Shown here: positions 48,300 to 60,883 of the stretch, in pieces
How positions within the stretch are numbered: position 1 is the first letter of the stretch
How the letters are laid out: every line of letters begins with the position of its first letter
From: Massalongia carnosa
Taxonomy: Eukaryota
Direction of reading: 5' to 3'
Length of the DNA: 64,000 nt
Assembly (NCBI GenBank): GCA_965645245.1
Contig: OZ287084.1
Span: 744,001-808,000 of the forward strand
The notes under the pieces: generated by a model
The model's database searches: none
The model's input: the letters and a program-made list of their open reading frames with translations, nothing else
Told to the model about the DNA's origin: nothing
Translations under genes and position numbers: made by a program

Positions 48300-49883
48300 C
48301 TATCTGCGCTTATTCGACGCCTGGGCCTCCTCATCCGGCGCCTTGTGCTTCTCGGCGACCTTGACCACCCCCCAACCGGCTGTAATCAAGTCGTCGACAG
48401 AGTCAGCGAAGCACATAAGTCTTCCTTGAGTATCGTTTTTCATTTGCAGGTCCGACCAATGCATGAACCCGCTGACTTCCCCATTCTCTAAAACCCCTCC
48501 ACTATTATGGCCTAGCTTCTTGACCCTCACCACAGCCGATCCACAGACACCTGCTCTGATCTTGGGCACTCCATAAATCTCTGGAGCGCCGGTCGCGTAT
48601 ACGCCCTGCTTGAGTTGAATATATCTACCATGTTCTGGAAGATCTTTCTTTTCGCTTTTGAGCACCTGCCTTTCACCCTCTACCTGTATTCGCTTTCCCA
48701 GGCAGCGAAGTCTCTGCCTACCTGTAACAAAGCTGTCAATCAAGAACTCGTCGTTGATGTTGACTTCAGCTAAAGGGAGGAGGATTTTGGCCGCCGTGGG
48801 AATATCCAGAAACCGGTTATGAAACACGACATCTTCCTTCAGCTGAACCAAACCAATATCAGTGGTGCCGATCCGCTCTCTCACATAGCCAACTGGCGTT
48901 TCCCCTTGAATAACGGGAAAATGGTTCAGATCTCCGAGCTTGTCAGGTACATCTGTGTATTCCTGCTCCCAGCAGTGAAAGGCTACCGATAAGCGTGTTT
49001 CGGAGCCTTTTTCAACAGCAATCCCAGCGGAGATTTGATTACCAGATGCTGCTTGTAGCATTACGCCGGGAAAAAAGCATCCTTGGGATTTCACATAATC
49101 CGAGTCATCTTCTTGTAGATTAGCAAGAATCGCTGGCTTTGGCGTTTTCAGGCGTTTGAGTTCAGTCGTGAGTAGTGGCTCATTACAGAACGTGAGAGAT
49201 ATTCCCGTGTTGCGGAGTCCTGAAGGAAGCTTATTAAGATGATCATACCACGATTCTTCACTCACTTTCGGATATTCCACGATAACAGAATGGGAGATGA
49301 AGGAAATGAACGTAGAGTCAGCGAAATATTGTGTTGCAAGGTGAAGCAAGGTCTCGTCCTTTGGCATATGGAAGGGCAAGAGGTCGGCAGCAAGGTCGTC
49401 ATCGATTACAATGTCATCCGCTTCCCCCCAATCGCCAATCGATATGTCACCAGGTACTGGATCGCCTTCGTTGAGCCATACTGCAATATAACCGGCGATG
49501 GAAAATGGGCGCTTGTCCTGTGGAGGAATACCACCCCGGCACCAGAGTATGAGGAAAGGGAGGGATTCTTGCATTTCATGCACCCCATATTTCTTCAACA
49601 GGTAGTGAACAAGTGCTGTTGTATGGTTAGAGCTGATGTTCTGCAAGATTTGACTATCCGTATCCCAGTAGGAGAACTCTTCGAAATTCAATGAAGAAGT
49701 CGCGATATCATTCTCTGGCTGGGAAAAGATGGGTTTTGGCTGTCCCGTCTCCGATTGGGTGCGAGGCTTTGACAGTGGCTGACGAGACTTCACGGGACTC
49801 AATGAAGGCCGCTTTTTGCGAGTGGTTCTAATTGGAGTCAAATAGCTGAAGTGCTCACGAAGCTGTAAAATGGAGGATGACAT
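48300..49883 (-). CDS. Hypothetical intronless protein with a C-terminal trypsin/chymotrypsin-like fold and Cys at the nucleophile position
   Basis: 527-aa uninterrupted ORF. Order and spacing SVAFHC ... TDIGLV ... AGVCGSAVV ... VSGFMH resemble the H-D-G(D)SG triad of PA-clan proteases. Fold assignment is by eye only. Confidence 0.6.
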   Translation of the reverse strand: MSSSILQLREHFSYLTPIRTTRKKRPSLSPVKSRQPLSKPRTQSETGQPKPIFSQPENDIATSSLNFEEFSYWDTDSQILQNISSNHTTALVHYLLKKYGVHEMQESLPFLILWCRGGIPPQDKRPFSIAGYIAVWLNEGDPVPGDISIGDWGEADDIVIDDDLAADLLPFHMPKDETLLHLATQYFADSTFISFISHSVIVEYPKVSEESWYDHLNKLPSGLRNTGISLTFCNEPLLTTELKRLKTPKPAILANLQEDDSDYVKSQGCFFPGVMLQAASGNQISAGIAVEKGSETRLSVAFHCWEQEYTDVPDKLGDLNHFPVIQGETPVGYVRERIGTTDIGLVQLKEDVVFHNRFLDIPTAAKILLPLAEVNINDEFLIDSFVTGRQRLRCLGKRIQVEGERQVLKSEKKDLPEHGRYIQLKQGVYATGAPEIYGVPKIRAGVCGSAVVRVKKLGHNSGGVLENGEVSGFMHWSDLQMKNDTQGRLMCFADSVDDLITAGWGVVKVAEKHKAPDEEAQASNKRR

Positions 49884-50189
49884 CTTTAAACGAGATACTG
49901 AGGGATGAGGTTGGGTAATGAGGCAGGAGGAAATTATGAGGGTGCTGTAAAGGCAGGAGCAGCGTTAGACAGATAGTCAGGTGTAAACCCACAAACACAC
50001 TGGTGATTATTATGAGGTTGAAAACGAAACAAATCGATGTTTAGCTCTGGATAAGTCAACAAAGGTTTATGGTTTTGAAATAATCTTATGATAGAAATGG
50101 TGAAATCTTAGTCAGCCAAACATCACATGGAAGCTTAAGTTCGGCGACGAGAAAAACCCTATTTTCATATGGATTGCAAAATCAAATAA

Positions 50190-51915
50190 TCAAATACCAA
50201 CAATCCTCTTATCTTTCTTTAATGGCGATATCGTCCCAAAGGTGGATTTTGGTGCAGCAAGACCAATTCGTGGACGGGAATTTGTGGCGTTGAAAATTGA
50301 TTTGCCCAGCAACGTCGTACCATCCCTTCCTCCTATTACAACTCGCCCTCGTCCGCCTTTAGTCGTTTCCTCCTCTTCAGCGTCAAACAATGTTTTGCTG
50401 ATGTCACCCCCAAAGAGCTTCCGCCTCTTTTTCTTTATGTCTACGTGTTCCGTTGAAGTATCATCAGAAGCATCCCCGGTGACTTGATTTTTCCTTTGAT
50501 GAACTGATGTATCAATTTTTTCGGCCTCTTCCTCTTGTTCCGTGACTTTTTGAAGGGAAGGTGCGATTTTAATATGTCGGCTTGGTGGCACCCTTGAATT
50601 GACTTTACCTACGTGGGTGGACTTTAGGGTCCCCGTTTTCATTATCTGAAGAGGTCCCAGCTCACTCGACATCATAGTCACCAATTGCTCCGTTACTTCT
50701 GCCTGATCATCCACTGGATTTTGACCAGTGCTGATCTCATCTTCTTTATCGCTACTAGCTGATTCCTTGGGTGGATCTTCGAGATTTACATTCGTGGCGC
50801 GGTTCAGAAACGGAGTGATGGAAAATGTGGACTTGTCACCTGGCAACGTTGAATATCCTTTGCTTTTCTTTCTTGTTGGCAGAACACCGGAGGTGCCGAT
50901 CACGCTATCGGCATCTAATTGTGCGGCTGTCCGTTTACGAGCAGTTCTCCCAGCATCTTTTTCTAAGCCACTAGAAGCTGAGTGGATTGGAATGGCAGCA
51001 TTGATCTGCCGAGCGCCCTGCAGTTCAACTTCTGTTGTTCTAAGTTGCTCCTTGGTAATCCTTAGTTTGTTCCTGAAAGCATCCATACGAGAGTCGAAAG
51101 TTGCCTTTTTACTCTCCAAATCAGCTGATGTTATCTGAGCATCCCGCTCAGCCTTTTCGCGTTGTCGTCTTTCTTTGGCGACTTCGGCTTGAAGGCTATC
51201 GATCCGGCTTTCTAGTTTTGCGTCTTCTGCTTGTAGCCTGCTTTCTTTGACTTGAGCGCGCTGGGTTGATCGTTTTTCGGTCTCCAGCTCCACCTGGAGT
51301 GTACTCAGCTGTCGCTCCAACGCCAGTTTTTCTGAAAGAAGCAACTGATGGGAGGTAGCTTGTGATCGTAGATGATCGATCTCAGGTTTTAGGGATGCTA
51401 ATTCCCGGGCCAATGAAAGCTTTTCGGTCAAAAGTTTTGTGGAATCACTTGTTACACTTTGCAATGATTCCAATTCCGCCTGACTCTAGTAAGTAATCGT
51501 GTAGCTTAAATTCACTGATAAGGCTACCTTCAGGTTTTGATTTTCTCGCGACTTGGCTCGCATCTCTAGTCGCACCTTTTCCAAAGTGCCTGCAGCTATG
51601 GCTAGTTGATTTTGGTATCGGATATTGCTACTCTCTAGGTCATTTACGCGCTGGCTACTCTGCAGGAGCCCAGCATAGATCTCGTCCTTTGCGTCCTCAT
51701 GAAGTAAGGTCTGAACGCGAAACCTCCTTGTCTCTTCATCATTGTGGACAGACTTGGTTTTGAGAAAAGTCCGTTCGTAGACAAGTTCCCGTGCACAGGT
51801 GCTAAGAGTTTGTTTAATCTTCATTTGATAACGTCAGCTGCGATGCTTTAATAGACGGAGATACATTTACCTCTTCAGTCTCGAGTAAGGAGTTATATTG
51901 CGAAGAGTTCATCAT
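50190..51915 (-). CDS. Long coiled-coil protein of unknown function
   Basis: Three exons joined by GT-AG introns (approx. 51915-51871, 51818-51528, 51486-50190). Heptad-rich N-half, then LPGDKSTFSITPFL and C-terminal ISPLKKDKR. Confidence 0.75.
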
Positions 51916-52164
51916 AGATATGAACGACTAGAGAGCAGTATATGTAAACCAACCCATGAAACTCCCTCAATGTGGAAATGCGTGGTCTTAGAACTATATA
52001 GCCAAATAAAAGTAAACAGTCAAGGAACACGCTAGACCCATACTAGGTTCTAGCTCCGGAAGGCGGGCCGGGTCCCTCAGTGAGTGAAGAACACGTTGAA
52101 GTTGCGGCTAAGTGAAGGTAGGAAGGAAACGTCTAATATTATTCCATCACTCTAACGGTTCATC

Positions 52165-53329
52165 ATGTGGATGTTTCAGGCATTTTGTGTAGTTATACTT
52201 TCTTTTAGATCTTTAACTGCTGCAAAGTCTCGTTCAATTGACAAGTTTGAAGTGTTCCATGCAAAATCTCTATCAACGGCCCCTGTGAAGCTTGACGATG
52301 CGTCCTACGATGACCTTACCTCCGGTTCTCGAAACTTCACTGCAGCTGTTATTCTGACTGCCTTAGAAGCTCGATTTGGATGCCAGCTATGTCGAGACTT
52401 TCAGCCGGAGTGGGATCTGATTGGTAAAAGCTGGATCAGAGGGGATAAGCAGGGGGAATCTCGAATTGTCTTTGGAACACTAGACTTTGCGGATGGGAAG
52501 GAGACTTTTCAAAAGGTATATAGTCTCGCAGTCTTACTTGTATTGTATAAGCTTTGTTGATCCTGTACTATAGTTGATGTTGCAAACGGCCCCAATCCTC
52601 CTCCTTTTTCCTCCTACAGTAGGTCCAAACGCAAAACCCGATGGTCAACCTATACGATATGAATTTACAGTGGGGTAAGAGTCACATTGCCACGGATTTT
52701 GATGGCGCTAATATTGTCTGGTCATATTAGAATCCAGTCTGCGGATCAGATACATGGATGGATTGCTCGCCATTTACCATCTGGGCCTAAGCCATCTATT
52801 CACCGCCCTCTAAATTACACTCGAGTTTTCGCAGTTACAACCATTCTCCTTGGGTTGGTATCATTTTTGAGCGTTGCCGGCCCATACATATTACCCGTGA
52901 TCCAGAACAGAAATCTATGGGCAGCAATCAGTTTGCTCATAATATTACTATTTACCAGCGGCCATATGTTTAATCATATAAGAAAAGTGCCATATGTGTC
53001 AGGTGATGGCAAGGGCGGGATCACATACTTTGCGGGAGGGTTTTCCAATCAGTTTGGATTAGAGACACAAATTGTGGCTGCAATGTGTACGTGCAATTTG
53101 CGGCTGCTGATGTTCCTCAGGACAACAGCATTGCTAACAGACTGTAGATGGTACTCTATCATTTGCCACCATCGCTCTTGCGCTTAAAGTGCCTCGAATG
53201 TCGGATCCCAAGGCCCAGCAAGTCGCTGTTTTTGCTTGGGGGGGCCTCATATTCGTGATGTACAGCTTCTTGCTTAGTATTTTCAGAATCAAGAACGGAG
53301 GATACCCATTCTATTTGCCCCCTTTTTAA
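52165..53329 (+). CDS. Oligosaccharyltransferase OST3/OST6 subunit
   Basis: Signal peptide, thioredoxin-like CQLC, FGTLDF, LFTSGHMFNHIRKVPY, FSNQFGLETQIVA, C-terminal FRIKNGGYPF. Three introns. Confidence 0.92.
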
Positions 53330-53964
53330 TTCGTTTTACTTAGCAAGATCGTACAGGCATGATCGGAGAGATATTAGAGTAGAATTGGAGTCGTCCAATG
53401 TAAAACCAAACAACCATACCAAACATATGAGCGTCCTTTCATGCTCATAGCTAGCACTGAAGATTAAGAGGACACAGCCGTCAAGAAGACTTTGAGGCAG
53501 GTGCATTCAAGTACCATGCTACGAGACAGTCAACCAACAAATAGAGCACACAGCTTTATTGCGAATCCTTCTTGCTGCAAGCTATGGACTTCGCGCCTCT
53601 TAGCCATGCTAGCAATGCCTCAAATATTTCCCCGAGTTCTTATACCCCAACCCCCCCAACCCCTCTCTCCCGCACATCAAGTTTGCCAACTCCACACTGA
53701 CATGCAGCTTATGTGCAGGGCAACCTGGGGGTTGGAGAAAAACATGAAACGAAGAGCTTCAACACGCGAGGAGCCATTAGCAATTTATATTTCATCCCCA
53801 TGTTACGATATAAAATACAACATATGAAATCGAAACCGAAATCGAATAATATGCATAGTAGATTGATGATAAAGCGCTAGGAATAGATTTAACAATTTAG
53901 TTTCAATTGTAGGGATGCGGTAAGTCAATAGCATAGAACCCCAACCCAGTTTCAGTTACATCTC

Positions 53965-54930
53965 ATGGCGATGGCCAACATGCATAGTGGCAGTAACTGC
54001 AATGCCAACAGCGTAGTTGAAAATAGTCAACATTACACTCAGCTAAGTGAAGTCCCATGGGATATTCAAAAGTCAAATACCTGAAGCGAAGATAGAAATC
54101 CAATGGCTGAATGGCTTCAGATATTTTCATCAACGATTCAGCATCTTCTCCAAATACGATGAAGGCGTTCGGATGACCGAAGACGCTTGGTTTGGCGTCA
54201 CACCGGAACCAGTTGCAATGTATGATCAAATAGTAGCAGACTTTACAAAGGCTGAAAACTGACGATTTGAAGAAAGACCGCCGAGCATGTTGCCTGTGCG
54301 TCGCCGGCCGAAAAATCGATCATCATTGATTGCTTTGCAGGTGTGGGTGGAAATGTAATCGCGTTCGCAAAGTCAGGCAGGTGGAACCGGATCTATGCTA
54401 TTGAGAAAGATGCACAGGTCCTAGCTTGCGCGAAGCACAACGCTGAACTCTACGGTGTTCTGGATCAGATCTCTTGGCATGAAGGGGATTGCTTCGATGT
54501 TCTCAAGAAAGAATTGCTCGACTTAGTCGAACATAGCGTACTCTTTGCTAGTCCTCCTTGGGGAGGTACGATGGACAAAGTCTCTCCCTAAGGCAGGATC
54601 TATTATGCTAACTACTAAGTATTTAGGTCCTGGCTACAGATCCGACGCAGTTTTTGATCTGTCAAGAATGCAGCCTTATTCCATCCACGAACTCTTAGAT
54701 CCACTCTTGAATCTTACAGAAGACCTCATTCTCTACTTACCACGAACCTCGGACCTCCGCCAACTAGCCAAAAGAGTCAATGGGGATGCAAAGGTGACAG
54801 TTATTCACTACTGTATGGAGGGTGCGAGTAAGGTATGCTAGAAAAATGTAGGTATATCTTGGTAGGGTGCTGGTGTTGACTGCTTTATTAGGCCATATGT
54901 GCGTATTTTGGCAACTTTCAGTTCACATGA
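53965..54930 (+). CDS. TGS1: Trimethylguanosine synthase
   Basis: YFHQRFSIFSKYDEG, WFGVTPEPVA, IIDCFAGVGGN, AKHNAELYGV, FASPPWGG|PGY, YLPRTSDL. Five exons. Confidence 0.92.
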
Positions 54931-55432
54931 TCAACTTAGAAAGAAGAACAATTGCATGAATAGGGGTTATTGCTTAAGTTGAGGATGCGGCTTAGAGATA
55001 ATTTTATAGACACTCTAGATGCTATTAATCAAAGGAAGACAAAAAAACCTGTACTTAAGTTTACATCTTACTTGATACCGAGTATTCTGTATTGTACTGT
55101 TTAATAATTTAATCTAACAAGCCCGAATGGCTCACATAAGTTAGCACATGGTTAGGTAACAATAGTCTGCTATGGATGAATGTACTTCCAGCGCCGAGTA
55201 CTATGTGGGCACGTGGTGGGGTTATTCGTTACATGCTTCGCATTCCAAGTATAAAAAGACTCAAATTTCACCCGTTGCATTCAATACTATATGGCGTGAA
55301 CTAAGGCTGAGTTCTCTTCGCCATGCAAATACCTAACCTGCGATAGACCGACTTTTTAACGGCTTTCCCAACCTTTATCGCAAATTTATTCAGAGTAGTT
55401 GAACTTAGCTTTTGACTACTCATCTCAAATTC

Positions 55433-58400
55433 ATGTCAAGCAACATGCCTCACGCAATATCGCCTGACGCTACGCAGGATGAGCAAGATGATTTGCTGAT
55501 TCAACAAGCGCTCGATCCCGAAAATCCCATTGATTTCAGTCGCGAGCTTGAACCGGGCGAGAAGGCCGCCAATGCGGTTGACTATGAGGATCTAGCTGAT
55601 GATGACCTGGCAGACGACGAAGATGAAGACCTATCACAGCTATCTGCCGGCAAGGCCGCCAGCCCTGGTGGTGGCCTCGGAGGTTTGGAAAGCTTTTTGG
55701 ACGATGAAGGAGTAGGAGACCAACTAAAAAACGGCGAGACCGGTGGAGATGACTTTGATGATCTCTTTGGAGAGCTACCATCATCACCAGTAGAGAATAG
55801 GATGGAAACAACCGATCTCAATATTTCCGTTGAATCGCGACCTCTCGATAGGGATCTAGATTTTGAAGAAGACAATCATAGTGGCGAGACAGATGGGGTT
55901 CTTTTAGGTTTGTCTCCACAGGAGGCACTCAGTACGCCCGAACCAGCAAGCCAAGCTCCATTTCGGCCAGTCAACTTCGCCGCCAAAGAGACCCCGCTCT
56001 CAAGGGAGCAACAGTTACAGCAGGAGCTTTTCGCCATGTCTAGATCTGGCTTTGGGGGGTTAGATTTTCTCCCCCCCCCTCCGGAGAACCAGGAAGAGTT
56101 ACTAAAATCTCTATGGCCGAAATTTGAACGGGGAACCATTTTAAAATTCATGGACTTGCTAACACCCAAAAAAGCTCGCTATATTGGAAAGAAACCTTTT
56201 GGGGTACCGAAGCCCGTTCAACCTACTAAAATCAATTTAGAGCTGGCACAGGACCAGGAAAAAAGCTTTAAACTGTCTACGATAACAAACCGAAGGCTAC
56301 ATGAGGATATGGATCGGGTGGGTTTGGTTCGAATCGCTGAGACCACATTAGTTCATAAAACTAGTGATGAAAACGAAGACACGGATTCAGATTCCGAACA
56401 GGATCCTATCGGAGGAGTATCCTGGCAAGATTTGCAGATTTCCTGCGAGGATTGGGATACCCTCAGTGAGGCGAAATCTTCGACTTCAGAGCTTATTAAC
56501 GACCATGGGGTTTCTGGGCGCAAAGACGATTATCCTGAGGGGGAAAATCAAGATATCTTACACCGTTCAGAAGGTTCGTCTGCGAAGGTACTTGTTTCTA
56601 ATAATTTGGTCTGGTAATATCTAACTGGGAGCTAGAGGCGCAAACTGAGCCATTCTTATACCAACATTCTCCGTACCCCTCAGTTCAAATTGCCATCGCT
56701 ACATGACCCTGAGCGCGCTGCCTCAAAGATTTCTAGGACAGTTACGCTAGACCTGAATGACTCACAACTGTTAATAGAGAGTGACCGACCTGAACCTTCG
56801 GCGCGGAACCATGTTCGGAAACCCGAGCTTGGTCGGAGCGGTCAAGGCAACTTTGCAAAGGGTCTGAGCCATAGATACAATATATCCAATGACGAAGCAT
56901 ACGATTTGCTAAAAGAAAACCATCAAAGTAAAATCCGAAGCACTCTCGGAAACCTTACCGTAGAGCACAGCATGCCAGCAATACGTTTGCAGTATCCCTT
57001 TGTAAGTGTGCTTCGTTTTTTCCTTGTACATTCCTTTTGAATCTTTATTAACTTCCAGAAGTATAGTACCAAACTCGAGAAAAGTAAGGCAAGATCGTTC
57101 CACAGGCCTAGCTTGGAGGTTAACAAAAACGAACAAATTGCGTTCTCTAAACCACGAAATGTGAAAAGGAAACACTTGAAAGGCAAAGATCCTCGGAGTT
57201 TATTTGAGACCGCTAAGGATTTGTCGCTCGGCGATAACTCTAACGTTCTTTTATTAGAGTATTCTGAAGAATATCCAATTATGATGTCAAATTTTGGTAT
57301 GGGTAGCCGATTGATCAATTACTACCGGCGCAAGAACATGGAAGACATATCCCGCCCGAAACTTGAAATTGGTGAGACTGCAGTTCTGCTCCCCCAGGAC
57401 AAGAGCCCTTTCTCCGTGTTTGGTTACATCGACCCCGGGCAGATTATGCCCGCATTGTACAACAGCATGTTCAGGGTGCCAGTATTCAAACAAGAGGCGA
57501 AGTCGACCGATTTTTTAGTGATTCGTAGTAAAACTGGAGTGGATGGCTCAACTTGGTTCATAAGAAATATAGAGAATCTTCATGTGGCTGGGCAACAATT
57601 TCCCTCCGTCGATGTTCCTGGGCCACATTCTCGCAAAGTCACCACGGCTGCTAAGAATCGGCTCAAAATGGTCTCCTATCGCCTGATACGAAAAGAAAAT
57701 TCTCATCGAATTGGCGTATCCGATGTCACGAAGCACTTTACGGATACAACGGACATGCAGAACCGGCAGAAAATGAAGGAGTTTATGCAATTTTCAAAAG
57801 AACATAAGTCATGGGAGATGCGACCTGGCGAAGCTATTCCAGACGAAGAAACGGTACGGGCACTGGTGAAGCCTGAAGATGTATGTCTGTTACAGTCAAT
57901 GCAAGTAGGTCAACAGCACTTACAGGACGCGGGATTCAGCAAGGGAGACGATGATAGCGAAGATGACGACGGGAAAGAAGGCCAAAGTATTGAGCAACAA
58001 CTGGCTCCATGGTATACTTCAAGGAATTTTCTCAACGCCGCACAAGGTAAGGCCATGCTTCAGCTGCATGGTGAAGGGGACCCAACTGGGCGAGGCGAGG
58101 CATTCAGCTTTATTAAAACGTCTATGAAAGGAGGTTTCAAGGCCATGGGCGAGAGTGTGGAGGATAAGCTTGATGCCAAGAAGTTGAAGGAGCTGGGGGG
58201 TCATAGCTACAATGTGGCCAGACAACAGAAATCATATGAGGAATCGATACGCAGGATCTGGGATGCGCAAAGACAAAGCCTTTTGTCGACAATGGAGCAA
58301 TCAGATACTGAAATGGAGGATGACCATCTGGAGGAGACGGAAGAGTTCCCAGGCGATGTAAGGACCCCCCGGTCAGAGGCGCAAACGCCTGCGGCATTAC

Positions 58401-59197
58401 GGCGTCGGGATGACGAGACAACAAGCCAGTTCAGTAAATTCAGCACCGATAGCCAGGCCGGGAAGGTCCTACGGATTACTCGTGACATACGAGACCAGTA
58501 CGGTAGACTTGAGCGAGTTCAGGAGGTCATACGAGACCCAAGGGTTATTCGACAGTATCTCAGGAGACGACATGCCAAAGAAGCTGAGAGTACAGTGTAA
58601 GAACAGTAGGGAAAGAGTGCATAATAGTTTAAACTGACATTTCTCTAGGCTGTCAGAACTCAAACCTACCGGGGATGCAGAGCAGGATCGACGCAATCAG
58701 CAGAGGTGAGATGTGCCCCTGGCACAAGAGGTTGATGACTCTGACAACTTTTAAGGCTCGAAAAGGAGCTTGCCCGCCTCGAGCGCAATAAAGATCGTCG
58801 AATTGCGCGTGATAAGCAGAAAGGGCTACACACCGATGGCGCGGCGGACTCTGTCGACTCGCCAACCTCTCCCGCCGTCGCTCCTGCTCCCAAAAACGCA
58901 GGCACGCAACGGAAATGCGCAAACTGTGGCCAGATCGGGCACATCAAAACCAATAAAAAGTGCATCTTACTATCTCATTGACATCTATTTTGCTAAATCT
59001 TCCATCTTCCTCCTCCGTTTTCCAGTTTCATTTGACACCTGAGTGCTTTCCTGTCTTCTACTTTGCCTCGACCGCGCTGATCATATGCTAATACAACTAC
59101 CCATTTCCCTAGACTTTGCCCTATGCTCAACGGCACCTTGAAGCAAGAGGATGGATTCGCCGATACTGCCTTTACGATGGGTGCTCCTTCCATTTGA
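55433..59197 (+). CDS. TAF1: TFIID subunit 1
   Basis: Acidic TAND-like N-terminus (AVDYEDL), YNISNDEAYDLLK, EYSEEYP..MSNFGMG, GQQFPSVDVPGPHSRKVT, LHGEGDPTGRGEAFSF, C-terminal zinc knuckle RKCANCGQIGHIKTNK|LCP. Multi-exon. Confidence 0.95.
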
Positions 59198-60883
59198 GAC
59201 TTGCATCCATGGGGTTGAACTCGAGTTCGTGATTAGCGAGCAACGCCCATCGCCATCTACGCTTCACGTACCGAAGCTTTACGTGGACACTTCTATGCCG
59301 CAGCTCTTCTCTTGCGCATTTCCCAGCAGGTAACAACGCGCTTCGGAGGCACTGGGCTGGAGTTGGCAATTGGACAGATGCATGATGCAGGATCCTTGAT
59401 TTTAAAGCGAGGCACCGATTTTCTTGCCCTGGTTTACCTATCCTACTATGATGTAAATAACACCTCTACCTCGTCCTGGTTGTTGTCCTTTTTATTTTCG
59501 ATCGCCCCCTTTAGCGATTCTCCATACAGTCAATGCCTATTTCATAGCCCCCTCTCAAGATCAGCAAGCCCTGATGTCATGACTTCTCAGAGCTTGAGCT
59601 TGAGCGATGCTGCGCAGTGCCTGTCATGGGAATTAGATTGTACATATCTTTCTGCCTTTGTTAAATTTTCCGAACTGATTGATAGACCCTGATTCTGCAG
59701 AGTGCGAGGAATAAAGGTAAGGACGGATTGAGTGGAGGCAGGCCGTGGACAGCCGATGGAGGCCGAAGGCAAAGGGGGATGATGTCCAAATAGTTGGACA
59801 AGGAGGGGAGAAAGAGGGCATAATATAACAGGAGCCTTTTGGCACTCTTCCCATCATCAACATTGGTTTGAAGTCCAGCACCAAAAGTCCAGCTCGGTGA
59901 TTGATGAGATGTAATGCTGGAAATAAAGACCTAGACAACAACATAAAAGTCCTACTCGGCTGAACGTAACCTCTCCACGGCCCTCGCGTACCTATACCCC
60001 GTAATTATACTTGTTCAGCCATCCAGTTGTTTACGGAGTGGGTATATAACGTTATACCCTCGTGACCCTGTACCGTACTGGGGAGTTTAGGAACTAACTG
60101 GATGCATCCCGTTCCCGAAGCCCAAACTAACTTAGTTTACCTATCTAGCTGTATACAATACATACGGAGTACGCACGGACAAAACCGTCCCTGGCGATCT
60201 CCCGTTCTAGGAAACAAACCCCGATCGCAAAGAGGGGAGCTTTTGATTATCTTTCTTACAGCGTCGGCTTCGAAACGGCGAAAATCCTAGTGTCCACCAA
60301 TGGGAGCCCAAAGCCGAAACGCTGAGAGCTAATCATTTGTAAAAATTCCGGCCAATGAAAGCATAAAATCCACAGAATCGGAGGACGGAGAGCTAATCGT
60401 TTGTGGAGGCCGTGCCCACCCCCGTTTCTTCCTTCCACTTTCACTACACGTTCAGGGCACACACCTACCTATCTCGGAGATCCGTTCACGGGTAGATTCA
60501 TTCATTCATTCATTCATTCATCTCCGTCGCCATCTCCAATTCCTCCCTCATCCCCCTCATCCCCCTCTTCCCCCTCTTCCCCTCTTCCTTCTCTCAGAAC
60601 CACAATCCCATCTTTCGCCCTCTCTCTTCCTCTCAAATAACCTAGATAGAGGTTTATGATAGGCTGATGATAGATCTTGGAGATTTTCTGGTTGCTGGTT
60701 GTGTATATCGAGGAGCGGGTTAGCTCGAACCTGCATACTTTGATTGGCATTGCCTCATTCTTACACAAGCAGCGCTACTGTTGAAATAGGTATATTACTA
60801 TGGCTATATGGCTATGTAATAATAAAGGTATGACCGTGATGTTAAGGATGAAAGAGTTGCTATGCAGCAATCTTTCCCTATTA

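Noticed and set aside
59200..60880. Short ORFs and simple repeats (ATTC, TCCCCC) downstream of TAF1
   Set aside because: No coherent exon chain or protein motif; treated as intergenic.
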